DNA of 64,000 nucleotides from a virus. This document shows, one piece after another, positions 21,511 to 31,810 of the stretch (the first letter of the stretch is position 1; each line of letters begins with the position of its first letter). Below the pieces are notes generated by a model. That model saw nothing but the letters and a program-made list of their open reading frames with translations, was not told the origin of the DNA and did not search any database. Both the position numbers and the translations under genes were made by a program. The DNA is taken from positions 1 through 64,000 of IMG/VR virus record IMGVR_UViG_3300048583_000034, one strand, 5' to 3'.

Positions 21511-21544
21511 AAATCCACGGGAACCGAAGATCCCGTGGATTTTT
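21511..21544 (+). terminator. Rho-independent terminator after gp23, likely bidirectional
   Basis: AAATCCACGGGA/TCCCGTGGATTT stem plus T-run. Confidence 0.85.
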
Positions 21545-21549
21545 CGTAT

Positions 21550-22335
21550 TTATAAGTCACAATCTTTTACTTCTGATATAATAGTCAATATGGTATTCTC
21601 AGGAAATGGATGTTTTGTCCTAGCTGTTCTTCTTTTAAAAATAAATTGTCCTTGTTCTCTAGCGACGGAAAAGATATTCCAATCTGTTTTATATTGTGAC
21701 ATAAAATCTTTTACTGTCATAGTTTCAATTTTTTGTGTTTGGTTTGGAAATGATAATTGATATGTTATATGTTTTATACTGAAACTAGGTAATTTATTTT
21801 GTCTATCTAATTCTCTTTGTGTCGCCCCCTGTGATAGTCTTCTTTCCTTTAAAGATTCTACTCTTTTTTTGGTCCCGGCCACAAACACATTATTATAGAT
21901 AGTATCATCTTTTAAATTTTGTATTATCTTTTCTCGGGCAATCTTTCTACCAATTATTTGCTTGGGGGTTAATCCCTTAGCATATTGTCGTTTTTTACTC
22001 TCGCTGATTTTCTTATAAACTTCTTTCTTTTCTTCGTCTGACATATAAAAACTGAAATATCCACCACATCCACCTTTTTGGATATTGTAGCATTTATTCC
22101 CATACCTATATTTCAATAACCTAATCAAACGAATCTCTAGTCTATCTAAGTCTTCTGGTGTATTTATTTTTAATCTTAACCATCTAATTTCAAAATTCTC
22201 TTTACCGTATTTTTCAAAAGCTTTTTTAAGAGCATATCCAGAACCCATATAAGTAGAACCATCTTTCCAATGATGTTTCCCAGCATAAACTTTCCCATTA
22301 ATTAGATTTGTTGTGATGTATAATCTTTTTTCCAT
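21550..22335 (-). CDS. GIY-YIG (Seg-like) homing endonuclease
   Basis: LYITTNLINGKVYAGKH, YMGSG, KYGKENF and YNI motifs. Confidence 0.85.
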   Translation of the reverse strand: MEKRLYITTNLINGKVYAGKHHWKDGSTYMGSGYALKKAFEKYGKENFEIRWLRLKINTPEDLDRLEIRLIRLLKYRYGNKCYNIQKGGCGGYFSFYMSDEEKKEVYKKISESKKRQYAKGLTPKQIIGRKIAREKIIQNLKDDTIYNNVFVAGTKKRVESLKERRLSQGATQRELDRQNKLPSFSIKHITYQLSFPNQTQKIETMTVKDFMSQYKTDWNIFSVAREQGQFIFKRRTARTKHPFPENTILTIISEVKDCDL

Positions 22336-22425
22336 GTTATTATTTAGTCAAACGAGATAAGTAGTCAAGGAACCCGGAGTCATTTTGATACCAGAAATAA
22401 TGTCATCGAATTACTAAATAATAAC

Positions 22426-22788
22426 ATGGCTATTTACAGTTTCGACTCAGTTCTTTTATCCGCAGCTAAAGCTACAAACCCACCTCTTATTGGAGCATCA
22501 TTATCTGCTAATGGCGTGAATGTCATCAGTCTATCTACTGGACATGTTGGTATTGCTTTTAATACTATCACACCACTTGCATCAGCAACAGTTACTTTAA
22601 ATGTAGCAGGTTCAGTATTTGTCATCGATAGAGCTTATAGTGGTTCAACATTGGCTATCGTTAATGCTGGTGGATTTACCACATTCCCATTCCTATCAAC
22701 GGTTCTTACTGTTCCGGGTTCAGCATTCTCTTTTGGGGACGGTGTATCCACACCCGACTCTCGCAGAAAGCGTCACTTAGGATACTGA
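22426..22788 (+). CDS. Small late beta-rich virion protein (possible decoration protein)
   Basis: TAAATA-N5-ATG; Ser/Thr/Ala-rich. Confidence 0.5.
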   Translation: MAIYSFDSVLLSAAKATNPPLIGASLSANGVNVISLSTGHVGIAFNTITPLASATVTLNVAGSVFVIDRAYSGSTLAIVNAGGFTTFPFLSTVLTVPGSAFSFGDGVSTPDSRRKRHLGY

Positions 22789-22807
22789 GGTTAAATAATC
22801 TTACAAT

Positions 22808-23551
22808 ATGTTTGTAAGAGGAAGTGGCAGTGGCGATGAATACAGAAGAGTTGATAACTCTATCTATAGAGGCGTAGTCGTCAAAAATAACGATCCTTTA
22901 AAACTTAATAGGGTCAAGATATACATTCCAGAATTATCCAACCAACCATTTGATTCATGGTTTGATGAGTATGATAATATCAATGTTCGAGCTATAGGTA
23001 AGAATTTAGATACTATCTGGAATAATAAAGACATCAACGGTGATTGGACTGACGTTGATGTATATGAAGAGATATCAGCTATAATCCCATGGGCAGAACA
23101 ATGTGCGCCATTAGTTGGGGAATCAAACAATTTCAGATTCTATAGAGACGGAAAAATCTCTACTATATCTGATTGTAATTACCCTGAAGGGTTTGAGATC
23201 AATAATAGTGATGTGCCAACACTATCTGCTGGATCTTTTTCTCCAGCATTTCTCTACGAGAACAAATCTACTAGATTAGGAGATGCATTCTCCACCCCAC
23301 TAAACAACTTTTCAGTTAAGTGTAATCCATACGCATACTCCTATGCTCCATCCAAGCATGTGAACAAGGGTAAAGGTATGTTTGGGACACCAGAAGTGGG
23401 ATCAAAGGTTTGGGTGTTTCACTATGAGGGTGATCTGAATTTCCCTATATACTTTGGTAAGTATCATGATTACAGAGAGTTGTCTCTGATGAATGAAATC
23501 GATAACGATAAGCAGCTTTCTCAGAAGTATCCAATAGACTTCGAGAGTTGA
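22808..23551 (+). CDS. Baseplate hub gp5 N-terminal OB-fold protein
   Basis: YRGVVVKNNDP..LNRVKIYIP and PEVGSKVWVF..GD...PIY motifs. Confidence 0.8.
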   Translation: MFVRGSGSGDEYRRVDNSIYRGVVVKNNDPLKLNRVKIYIPELSNQPFDSWFDEYDNINVRAIGKNLDTIWNNKDINGDWTDVDVYEEISAIIPWAEQCAPLVGESNNFRFYRDGKISTISDCNYPEGFEINNSDVPTLSAGSFSPAFLYENKSTRLGDAFSTPLNNFSVKCNPYAYSYAPSKHVNKGKGMFGTPEVGSKVWVFHYEGDLNFPIYFGKYHDYRELSLMNEIDNDKQLSQKYPIDFES

Positions 23552-23567
23552 GTGCTTAAATAATTAT

Positions 23568-25175
23568 ATGTCCAAAATTTATCGCAACAAAGTAATTTGG
23601 AACCAGCGTGGTGGCGCATTGGAGATCGACAACACGACAGAACAAGAAAAGATTAAACTCTCACATCGTTCTGGGTCGAATATTAATTTTACTAATGTTG
23701 TAACGTCTGAATTAGCGACAAACAACAAACAAACAAATATTGTCCACGATTCATTCGAAACTGTGGGTGGGGACAAGACCGAATTTGTTGCAAAGGTTAA
23801 AACGGTAAGAACTGGGGAAAGCTCTTATGACTTAGATGGATTTATAGATCAATCTCAATTGAATGCTATTCAGGAGTGGAAAGATATATACTCATCAATT
23901 GCTAATTCTAATGCCCAGTTTAAAATTAAACGTGGTGGTGTAGGATATCCTAATGGAACATCCACAGAACCATCCGGGGAACGAGCATATAATCCTGTTC
24001 TAAATAACAAGCCTGTAGTTGTAGAGAACATCTTTAATGGATACTCTGGAACTCCTGTAAGGAAAAGCACTTCTGATGAAGTCACTACCTATTCAACAGT
24101 TATAGATAGAGGAAAAACCACACCAGCATCTCCCACACAAATAAATATAAACGACATCGAACGATCTGCTGGTGCTAATGGATCTAATGCTCCGGGTGTT
24201 TTAGAATTCGGTGCTGCTAAACATGCTGCCACTGAAGGTGGTGAGTGGGATGATGCTGGTATTGATATTGGTCAAGAAATATTAGACATCCAACAAGATT
24301 TAGTTGCCATCGAATCCAGAATGGGGAATGGTGGAGACAAAACCAAATTCATTAAACGCCACAAGATTGAACAAGTTGGTGCTGTATTCAATGATTTCCC
24401 TAGTATAAGGATTGATGAAAAAGGTAGAAGCCAACCTTTTGAAATGCTTGTGTCTACCACTGGAACATTTAAAAACCATGATTACGTTCCACACATCGAA
24501 GAAGTAGACAACGCTACAAATTTTCCTTGTGGTAACGATGATAAAATCATCTGTAATAGATACTCTAGAACAGTTGGTTCTGGTGGTATATCTCTAAAGA
24601 CTACTGGTCCTACTGAATTAGGTGGAACCACTTTAAAAGCTGGTTACAAACGAATAAATCTAAATGCTTCACACGGTATCCAAATAGCCTCCGAAGCATT
24701 TGTAGAATTACAATCACTTAAAACAATTACACTTAGAACCAATCGACAAGTATATGTCGAGTCTTCTCTAGGTGTTAAAGGTAATGTGATTGTTGGTGGC
24801 GGGTTGAGTGTGGAAGGTGAAACATACTTACAGCATGTCACAGCACCTCTTGAAGTTCAACAAACGCAAGACACAACTACATTTGGAAAGTTTGCTGCAA
24901 ACAACGACAGAGCATTACTAATAGGGGAAACTCTTGTCAATGGACAATGGTTCCCGACCTACGCTAAAGCATCTAATGATTTGATTGTGAACTATCCACA
25001 TAGTCACCACTTCCACAATCTACCACTTAGATTAATGACTCAAAATAATGGGGTGAGGAAAATTGCACAATTGGAAAAGATCAACGATCATGGCAATGTT
25101 TCTCAGGCATTGCCACAGATCCATGAAAGAAAACTTTCACAAAAGGTTCTCTTCGAGGGCGAAAAAGACGCTTAA
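23568..25175 (+). CDS. Baseplate spike, gp5 C-terminal-like
   Basis: EIDNT..QEKIKLSHRSGS, beta-helix-like repeats, HSHHFH. Confidence 0.65.
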   Translation: MSKIYRNKVIWNQRGGALEIDNTTEQEKIKLSHRSGSNINFTNVVTSELATNNKQTNIVHDSFETVGGDKTEFVAKVKTVRTGESSYDLDGFIDQSQLNAIQEWKDIYSSIANSNAQFKIKRGGVGYPNGTSTEPSGERAYNPVLNNKPVVVENIFNGYSGTPVRKSTSDEVTTYSTVIDRGKTTPASPTQININDIERSAGANGSNAPGVLEFGAAKHAATEGGEWDDAGIDIGQEILDIQQDLVAIESRMGNGGDKTKFIKRHKIEQVGAVFNDFPSIRIDEKGRSQPFEMLVSTTGTFKNHDYVPHIEEVDNATNFPCGNDDKIICNRYSRTVGSGGISLKTTGPTELGGTTLKAGYKRINLNASHGIQIASEAFVELQSLKTITLRTNRQVYVESSLGVKGNVIVGGGLSVEGETYLQHVTAPLEVQQTQDTTTFGKFAANNDRALLIGETLVNGQWFPTYAKASNDLIVNYPHSHHFHNLPLRLMTQNNGVRKIAQLEKINDHGNVSQALPQIHERKLSQKVLFEGEKDA

Positions 25176-26020
25176 ATATCGTATCTAAATCCAACGAACT
25201 TACCAAATCTTGGTTCTCCCTTTGGAGAAATCTCTTGATATGTAAAGGTAAGTTGTTTCCCAATATAATTTTGTTGATTATCCCAAAACTCCTGTTTATG
25301 ATAATCACAAATACCTTCACCGAACCCAAGCTTAATTTCTTTCCCTTTCCACAGAGCAATAAATGTCCCAACTGTCCCCGCAGGAACTTTACCCGCTTTA
25401 TGTGATGATCTTTTAGAGTTTCCCAACTTATCTAAAGTTTTTGGATTGGTGTTTGTCATTTTTTCTACCATACGAACCAAAACTGCTTCATCATCAAAAA
25501 ATTTCTTAACCTTTAATAAGTAACCTTCGTTTAAAGTGGAGCGCCCAAATTTATATGGGCTTTCTGGTGATCTCACCATAAGACCCTCGTAACCTTCAGC
25601 GATGAATACGTCTAGGTAACGTAAAAGTTCTGCTTCATTTTGGACAATTGATTGCCAAACAGTTTGAACGAATGGATTTGGTGGTCTCACCAACTTGAGT
25701 CGTTGTGAGAATGGTGCCTCTGGATAGATGAAATTATCAAACACATGGAATTTGAAATCAGGTTCACCATCTTCTGACATCACAGCACTCTGAACATCAT
25801 GGAATCCTTTACCGGGGATCATAAGCTCACCATCTAATTCTGGTAATCCCTTTAACTTCTCTCTAATGTAGAGATTAGGAATATCTTCAAGTTTTCTGGT
25901 GTAAGGAACACCATCTTTGATGACACACCTAATTCCATCAAGTTTTCTTGAGATGTAACACGGATACTTAATTAATTCAAGATCGGCCTTTACGGCCAAC
26001 ATAGGTTGGAATTTCTTCAT
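25172..26020 (-). CDS. ATP-dependent DNA ligase
   Basis: PMLA, KLDGIR, LDGEL, EGLMVR and LLKVK motifs. Confidence 0.9.
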   Translation of the reverse strand: MKKFQPMLAVKADLELIKYPCYISRKLDGIRCVIKDGVPYTRKLEDIPNLYIREKLKGLPELDGELMIPGKGFHDVQSAVMSEDGEPDFKFHVFDNFIYPEAPFSQRLKLVRPPNPFVQTVWQSIVQNEAELLRYLDVFIAEGYEGLMVRSPESPYKFGRSTLNEGYLLKVKKFFDDEAVLVRMVEKMTNTNPKTLDKLGNSKRSSHKAGKVPAGTVGTFIALWKGKEIKLGFGEGICDYHKQEFWDNQQNYIGKQLTFTYQEISPKGEPRFGKFVGFRYDI

Positions 26021-26021
26021 T

Positions 26022-26666
26022 TTATTTGATTTCATCTACGATACCATACGCCAAGCACTCATCTGCGGTCAGATAAATGTCCTTGGTCATTAGCTCATCA
26101 AGCTTCTTCATTGGTATCTTAGTGTTTTTCTTATAGAATTCCTTCAAAATTTTCATCAGTGTCGTGGCAGAGTCCATTCCTGCTTGCAAATCAGTATATG
26201 TCCCATAAAGTTCACTAGATAATTGATGAATTAGCATTTGTGCGTGTCTCCCAACATACCTACGCTTACCTACAGAGCTAATTAAAGTTCCAGCAGAAGC
26301 TACCAACCCATCAGCATACGTATAAACGTTCGATTTTAGATTTAAAATGGTGTCTACTGTAGAAAATGCTGCGTAGATTTCTCCTCCACATGTATTAATA
26401 TGTAAGTGAATAATCGGATTATATTCATCCCCCAGAGATGTTTTTAAACTTTGTAGTTTAGAATCCAATTCTACGAGAATTCTATTAAGTTCCAAACAAG
26501 ATTGGTCATCAATATCACTATAAAAAAAGATTTTATTTTCAATAATTCGAATCCCTCCTGATGGTTGTTGAGATTCTTGGGTGTTTAAGAAGATTGGAAA
26601 GGATGTTACTCCTTTGGTTTCTTCCTCTTCTTCTAACGACATACGGCGTTTGTTGGTCCAATTCAT
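26022..26666 (-). CDS. clpP: ClpP-family protease
   Basis: HINTCGG, ASAG (Ser), LIHQ (His) and YLTADECLAYGIVD motifs. Confidence 0.88.
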   Translation of the reverse strand: MNWTNKRRMSLEEEEETKGVTSFPIFLNTQESQQPSGGIRIIENKIFFYSDIDDQSCLELNRILVELDSKLQSLKTSLGDEYNPIIHLHINTCGGEIYAAFSTVDTILNLKSNVYTYADGLVASAGTLISSVGKRRYVGRHAQMLIHQLSSELYGTYTDLQAGMDSATTLMKILKEFYKKNTKIPMKKLDELMTKDIYLTADECLAYGIVDEIK

Positions 26667-26671
26667 CTTCT

Positions 26672-26857
26672 TTATTTATGAGAGCGGTCGAAGTAATCAA
26701 CGGGGAATTCGGTGATACCAGTTTTCAATGATTCTTCTATATAAGGATTACAGAGTCTACATCTGTCACAAATATCCAGATCTTCTAGAGTTTTATCCAC
26801 TAGAAGATTTACTATATCCTTAATACTTAAGTCGTAACAGATACAATGGGTAATCAT
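26672..26857 (-). CDS. BFD-like small Cys-rich (Fe-S) protein
   Basis: C.C...C..C..C.P pattern. Confidence 0.5.
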   Translation of the reverse strand: MITHCICYDLSIKDIVNLLVDKTLEDLDICDRCRLCNPYIEESLKTGITEFPVDYFDRSHK

Positions 26858-29163
26858 TAGATTAGTTCACATTTCCCACCAGAACAACTGGCACCCGCCA
26901 AAGTATCAGCACTCACAAAGGTTTCGTGGTCCTCATATGCTTCAGTCCAATCGATTTCGACGTATTCTCTCTTGAGATCCAACCATTGTTTATATGAATA
27001 AACGTGCTTCAAGCAATGACACATTTTTTTAATATTGCCATCGAAGTATCTATTGGCGAATTGTTTTGCCCTTCTAAGCCAATCAAGCTTTTTGAAGTTA
27101 GCATCATATGCTTCTAGTTTATCATAATATTGCAAAACATTTTGTAAATCAGCTTTGGTCTTGTTCTTGGATGGGATTTGTGGTTCCAGAGGTTGATCGA
27201 TTGGGGATACGACTTCACCGATTCCATTTAAGGAATCACAAGCTGCCCACAAGTTATTATTGAAGGAAGCTAGTCCATCCACAATAAGCCCGCTAGCCAT
27301 AAGAGATCCTTCACCATATTCTTCGACCAATTCCTTGGCATCTAGAACACTTGTGAAAGGTGCTTGTGGATAATCCAAATCTCCAGACGCAGCTAGGAGA
27401 GAGATACCTGCAAACCATCTACGATTTTCAAAGATATAATCTTCGATATCTTGCCATTCATCTTCCTTGACTGTAATAGTATTGGAAACGTTGTGGCGAA
27501 CATAAGGAACAACACAGCATTCTGGATTGGTTCCATACTCTACCCAATTTTGTTGAGTCAATTGAACCTTCTTCAAGAGTTCAACAGCACCCATTTTATT
27601 TTTAGTGATTGCTGTTTTGGGAACTTCACACAAGAAAGAAATAACATAATCAGTTCCATTCGCGCTCCAAACTGATTTTTCTACAGCTAGAGGGTTTTGT
27701 TTTTGGAAATGTTGTAGAGGAAACTCTGCACGATTAGCTTGGACTCGTCTAATATATCTCTTAGCGTGGTGAGGATGGATTCCAGAACCAGTAGAAAGAA
27801 CACAACTAGTAGAACCTGCTGGTTTGACTGCTGTAGTCCTTGCTGCTTGTCTAATACCAATCAAAGCTGCAACCTTCTTATTAGTTGCCTTGACAATCTC
27901 AGCACCCCTTTGTTGGATCTCTGGAGACAATAGAATATCAGGATTATCCATGACACCAGTAATAGAACAACCTAGTAAAGCTTCACGCTCAGTAATCTCC
28001 TGAGTCTCTTTAGAAAGATATGTAAATTGGGTGTAACCAGATTGCATAGTTCCAATTACTGCTGCTGCTCTACAACAATCGTAGAATTTTTCTTCTGTGT
28101 CGCAATACTTCCCATTGATTTCGCAAAGATTACAGAACTGCCAACCAGAACGACCATCTTCAGTTTGTGGATACATACCAATCTCGACACAAGGATTGTA
28201 ACCAATATCTTCAGAATCACTAAAGACGAATCCGGGTTCACCGAATTCTCTAGTGGACTTCATAATTTTGGCAAACTCTTCTTTTGTGATTTCGTCCTTT
28301 AATAGAAGAACGGAATTATTTGATCGTCCACGTTGAGGATTTTTAATAAACCAGTCACCAGTCTTCGCAGACATCATTTCTGGATCATCCTTGGAGAACA
28401 AGCAAATAGTGGCAGAACGTCTCACGCCACCAGATAGAACAGCATCAGATGCATGCATGATGATATCATATACGTCAATAGCATGTAAACGAGTTTCTCC
28501 AAGAGCTAATCTATCTTCGAAAACTTGTTTCATTTTTTCGAGTGAAGATCTAAGTCCTTCTGGACCGGGAGCTTTAAATCTACCAGCAATCATGGCACCT
28601 TCTGGTCTAATTTTGGAAAGATCAAAATTTATATTTTTATTCATATACATGGAATCCCCTACAAAATAGGATTCACATAATACGCGGACACACTCAGACC
28701 AACCTTCGATACTATCTTCTGGTTGATAATCGTATGTCAATCGACCATCAGGATATGTTGTATTTGGTGTGATATCTGGAAGCTTGCTTACGTGCTTCTT
28801 CTGAACAGAAAAGCCGACACCGCAACCACACAGTAGTAGATACATTGCTTCCGAGAAAGCTGCCACACGATCAATATAACCATATGAACAGTTATAAATT
28901 TTGGAGTTGTGTTTAAAGATTGGTTCTCCACCAAACTGTAACGCTCTTTGTGAGCCTAGAACTCTTTTCTTTCTAACGAAACTGGCAGCGAACTCAAATT
29001 CTTCTGCGAACTCTTCGTTGTGGATGAAGTCTTTATACTTCTCTGCGTGCATAGAGAAAACTCTATCTGTCATCTCTGGCCATGTTTCTCTTCTTTTTTT
29101 CTCTTTAATGTAGCTGGAATATCTGCTAATAACTGTGTAATCGCTTAGTGCTTGTAGACTCAT
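26857..29163 (-). CDS. nrdJ: Class II (B12-dependent) ribonucleotide reductase
   Basis: RRETW, YNC, GGVRRSA, NPCVEI, VKPAG and C-terminal CSGGKC; start moved to ATG 29163 downstream of the promoter. Confidence 0.9.
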   Translation of the reverse strand: MSLQALSDYTVISRYSSYIKEKKRRETWPEMTDRVFSMHAEKYKDFIHNEEFAEEFEFAASFVRKKRVLGSQRALQFGGEPIFKHNSKIYNCSYGYIDRVAAFSEAMYLLLCGCGVGFSVQKKHVSKLPDITPNTTYPDGRLTYDYQPEDSIEGWSECVRVLCESYFVGDSMYMNKNINFDLSKIRPEGAMIAGRFKAPGPEGLRSSLEKMKQVFEDRLALGETRLHAIDVYDIIMHASDAVLSGGVRRSATICLFSKDDPEMMSAKTGDWFIKNPQRGRSNNSVLLLKDEITKEEFAKIMKSTREFGEPGFVFSDSEDIGYNPCVEIGMYPQTEDGRSGWQFCNLCEINGKYCDTEEKFYDCCRAAAVIGTMQSGYTQFTYLSKETQEITEREALLGCSITGVMDNPDILLSPEIQQRGAEIVKATNKKVAALIGIRQAARTTAVKPAGSTSCVLSTGSGIHPHHAKRYIRRVQANRAEFPLQHFQKQNPLAVEKSVWSANGTDYVISFLCEVPKTAITKNKMGAVELLKKVQLTQQNWVEYGTNPECCVVPYVRHNVSNTITVKEDEWQDIEDYIFENRRWFAGISLLAASGDLDYPQAPFTSVLDAKELVEEYGEGSLMASGLIVDGLASFNNNLWAACDSLNGIGEVVSPIDQPLEPQIPSKNKTKADLQNVLQYYDKLEAYDANFKKLDWLRRAKQFANRYFDGNIKKMCHCLKHVYSYKQWLDLKREYVEIDWTEAYEDHETFVSADTLAGASCSGGKCELI

Positions 29164-29198
29164 ATTTGTGTTGAAAGTTTCTGTCGAACTGTTGGCCA

Positions 29199-29227
29199 AT
29201 CATACCTGACGATAGGCCAAATGTCAA
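29199..29227 (-). promoter_or_regulatory. Sigma70-like promoter of nrdJ
   Basis: TTGACA-N17-TATGAT. Confidence 0.65.
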
Positions 29228-29341
29228 CTTGTTTCGTCTGATTATTTACCCTTCAAATTGGTTTCACCCCAAGCAAATCTAACAGAATTTTCTTTAGAAA
29301 ATCGATGCTACTTTGATAAATACGCTGGGTTAAATAAGAAC

Positions 29342-29680
29342 ATGAGCAAAGATTTGGGTGATATTTATCAAGGAGTTTTCAACGAAAGCTACGGATTAAG
29401 AGTGGACAGAGTCCCTATTAAAGGTGGTCTACAAGCTCCACAGGATGCCAAGAACACGCTATCTCCTGCTGGATCGAAGATCGGTATAGATCCGGGTAAT
29501 CTTTACAACCAGAGCGTTTCTAGTGGCAATAATCCTTATGAACAAGAAGAAGGACAAAGTATTGACAAAGCAGAATTATTCAGTATAATAGATAATCTTT
29601 CCAAAGATTTGGATAATTCAAAGATTACGGACAGAACTGCCCTAATGATTTTAGGTAAACTTAAAAATAGTATTAAATAA
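29342..29680 (+). CDS. Hypothetical late protein
   Basis: TAAATA-N5-ATG start. Confidence 0.6.
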   Translation: MSKDLGDIYQGVFNESYGLRVDRVPIKGGLQAPQDAKNTLSPAGSKIGIDPGNLYNQSVSSGNNPYEQEEGQSIDKAELFSIIDNLSKDLDNSKITDRTALMILGKLKNSIK

Positions 29681-29684
29681 TTTT

Positions 29685-30065
29685 ATGAGAAAGAATTTAA
29701 CCGAAATTTATGAGAAAATGTATGAAAGGGATGATACCAATGCATTTATCTCCAATGAGAGTTTAAAAGAAATGGTTGTCCCTGATCGTTTTGCCCTGAA
29801 TGATTATTCGAAACTAATTTACGAACAATGTAATGATATTTTTAATTATCTGGATGATCAGATAATTTATGAAGGCTCAGGACACGGAGACGAGAAAGCT
29901 GTGAGGAATGCCTTAAAGGATGCGGTGGTTCAAGGACTGGTTACTGTACAAGACACCAAAAATGGATGGATCGTCAAGTCCCTGAAGGATAATTCAATGG
30001 AAACAATCCACAGAGGAGAACGCGCTTTCCATTATCTGCGTAGGTTTTTGCAGAGATTAGCCTGA
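29685..30065 (+). CDS. Hypothetical late protein, possible HicA-like C-terminus
   Basis: TAAATA-N5-ATG; GWIVK...TIH...LRRFL. Confidence 0.45.
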   Translation: MRKNLTEIYEKMYERDDTNAFISNESLKEMVVPDRFALNDYSKLIYEQCNDIFNYLDDQIIYEGSGHGDEKAVRNALKDAVVQGLVTVQDTKNGWIVKSLKDNSMETIHRGERAFHYLRRFLQRLA

Positions 30066-30089
30066 TAAAACACTAGGATATTCTGAGGC

Positions 30090-30359
30090 ATGGCCAATCG
30101 AAATTTGAAATTCCCACCTTGTAGAAGGATCTATGCTGGGATCTCTCCAATGTCTTCAGTTGGTCCTCTCTGTAAATGTGGTTCCAGTTTAAAATCTCGC
30201 TTTGTTTTCTTCACGTTGGACAAATGCATCCAACCGAACTGTGACAACTACCACAAGGGATTTCCGAGTGGAGACTACAAGCCAGAGCAAGCCTGTTACA
30301 GAAACGGAAAAATTGATTTTTATTTCGACTTGACTCTCACCAAAACCGTGGTAAATTGA
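30090..30359 (+). CDS. Hypothetical zinc-ribbon protein
   Basis: CKCG...CIQPNC; follows a CACTAG-box promoter. Confidence 0.55.
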   Translation: MANRNLKFPPCRRIYAGISPMSSVGPLCKCGSSLKSRFVFFTLDKCIQPNCDNYHKGFPSGDYKPEQACYRNGKIDFYFDLTLTKTVVN

Positions 30360-30365
30360 TTGCAG

Positions 30366-31010
30366 ATGGACACGAACTACACACACATTACAATGGTCAT
30401 TGACCGTTCAGGCAGTATGGGATCTTGTTGGAATGACGTTGTTGGCGGATACGCTGAGATCGTCAAGGAAAACAAAGAAGAAGCAGGCAAATGCACATTC
30501 ACAGTAGCAGCTTTCGATACAGATTATGAATTGATCGAAGATTTTACCGACATTAAGAAAGTCGATGAAAAACTTACGGTTCGTCCAAGAGGTGGCACTG
30601 CTCTACTAGACGCAATTGGTAAAACGATTGTTTCAGTTGGTGAAAAGCTTGCCAAGCTAAAAGAATCAAATCGCCCCGGTAAAGTGATCGTCATGGTTCA
30701 AACTGATGGAGAGGAAAATTCTTCTAAGGAATTTACCAAGGATGCAATTAAGAAATTGATTGATGAACATCAAGACAAATATTCTTGGCAGTTCATGTTC
30801 CTCGGAGCTTCATTATCTTCTGTAAACGAAGCTAGAAATTGGGGATTTAAAGCATCAAACAGTTCAGTTTACGATACTAATAATTCTCTAGATACATTCA
30901 CACTACTCTCAGCGAAAACTAAAGGAATGCGCTCGGCTTCAATGGCAACATATGCATCGGTCGCAGCCTTTACAGATGAGGACAAAAAAATTCTCAACGA
31001 AAGTAAATAA
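30366..31010 (+). CDS. von Willebrand factor A domain protein
   Basis: DRSGSM, GGTALLDAIG, TDGEEN and WQFMFLGA motifs. Confidence 0.88.
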   Translation: MDTNYTHITMVIDRSGSMGSCWNDVVGGYAEIVKENKEEAGKCTFTVAAFDTDYELIEDFTDIKKVDEKLTVRPRGGTALLDAIGKTIVSVGEKLAKLKESNRPGKVIVMVQTDGEENSSKEFTKDAIKKLIDEHQDKYSWQFMFLGASLSSVNEARNWGFKASNSSVYDTNNSLDTFTLLSAKTKGMRSASMATYASVAAFTDEDKKILNESK

Positions 31011-31039
31011 TAACATGGAAGACAATTCCTAATACTCTT

Positions 31040-31480
31040 ATGCAAAACACGTAGGTAACAGATGCCGCAACATCTGTAAAAGTCGGAAAAGATCTTACAG
31101 ATCTGAAAGAAGTGATTAAGTCAACAGCACTAGATGCTAAATTGACTAGACAAGAGGAACAGAAGATTAAGTCTTCTCAAAAAATTATCCAATATCAATA
31201 TTGGCCGAGAATTGATCCTGATAAAGAATCGAATAGATTCTGGGATTTGAGAAGTCATAGAACAGGAACTCTTAAAAGAAGAGCAAGAAGTATGCTATTG
31301 GCATACGCATTCCTTAGAGGGGTTCCATATTCCAAAGTCGAACCCAATAAAAAACCAATTAATGGTTATTGGGAACAAGTGCAATGGAATGATCAAATCG
31401 TGAAACCATTAAAGGAGTGGGCTGCTGAATATGGCGGAAAAAACTTTGATGATGAAATCGAAACTTGGTTGACATTATAA
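31040..31480 (+). CDS. 146-aa hypothetical protein requiring amber readthrough at codon 5
   Basis: ATG CAA AAC ACG TAG GTA... in frame with ORF 31112..31480; LLAYAFLRG.PY..VE motif. Confidence 0.65.
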
Positions 31481-31496
31481 AACACTAGGTTATGAT
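31469..31496 (+). promoter_or_regulatory. Promoter of the suppressor tRNA
   Basis: TTGACA-N3-TAAAACACTAG-N2-TATGAT. Confidence 0.7.
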
Positions 31497-31512
31497 ACTC
31501 TCATAACCGAAC

Positions 31513-31583
31513 GCCGAAATAGTTCAATGGTAGAACAGCTCACTCTAAATGAGCCTATGTGGGTTCAATCCCCACTTTCGGCA
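31513..31583 (+). tRNA. Amber suppressor tRNA (anticodon CTA)
   Basis: Fully paired cloverleaf: GCCGAAA/TTTCGGC and GCTCA-CTCTAAA-TGAGC; no encoded CCA. Confidence 0.92.
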
Positions 31584-31590
31584 CTTAAAA

Positions 31591-31665
31591 TGAATGATAC
31601 TTTAATTGGAAATAAGAAGACCCGTCGCAAGCGGAGCAATATAGGTTCAAGTCCTATTCATTCAA
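31591..31665 (+). pseudogene. tRNA-like element with a degenerate anticodon arm
   Basis: Perfect TGAATGA/TCATTCA acceptor and T-arm; only a 3-bp stem around TCGCAAG. Confidence 0.6.
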
Positions 31666-31810
31666 CTTTAGAAAAATAAAACATCTTACACTAAATAAGA
31701 AAGCATACAATGATTATTACAAAACAACTTAGCGAGTATCGCGGGTCATTCAATCCGATGGATTGTTGATGAGGTAGTATTGTATTCATAAACACTAGAA
31801 TAAGATGCTG

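Noticed and set aside
20005-29199. Introns or inteins in gp23, ligase or nrdJ
   Set aside because: Reading frames are continuous and of normal length; the endonucleases are free-standing
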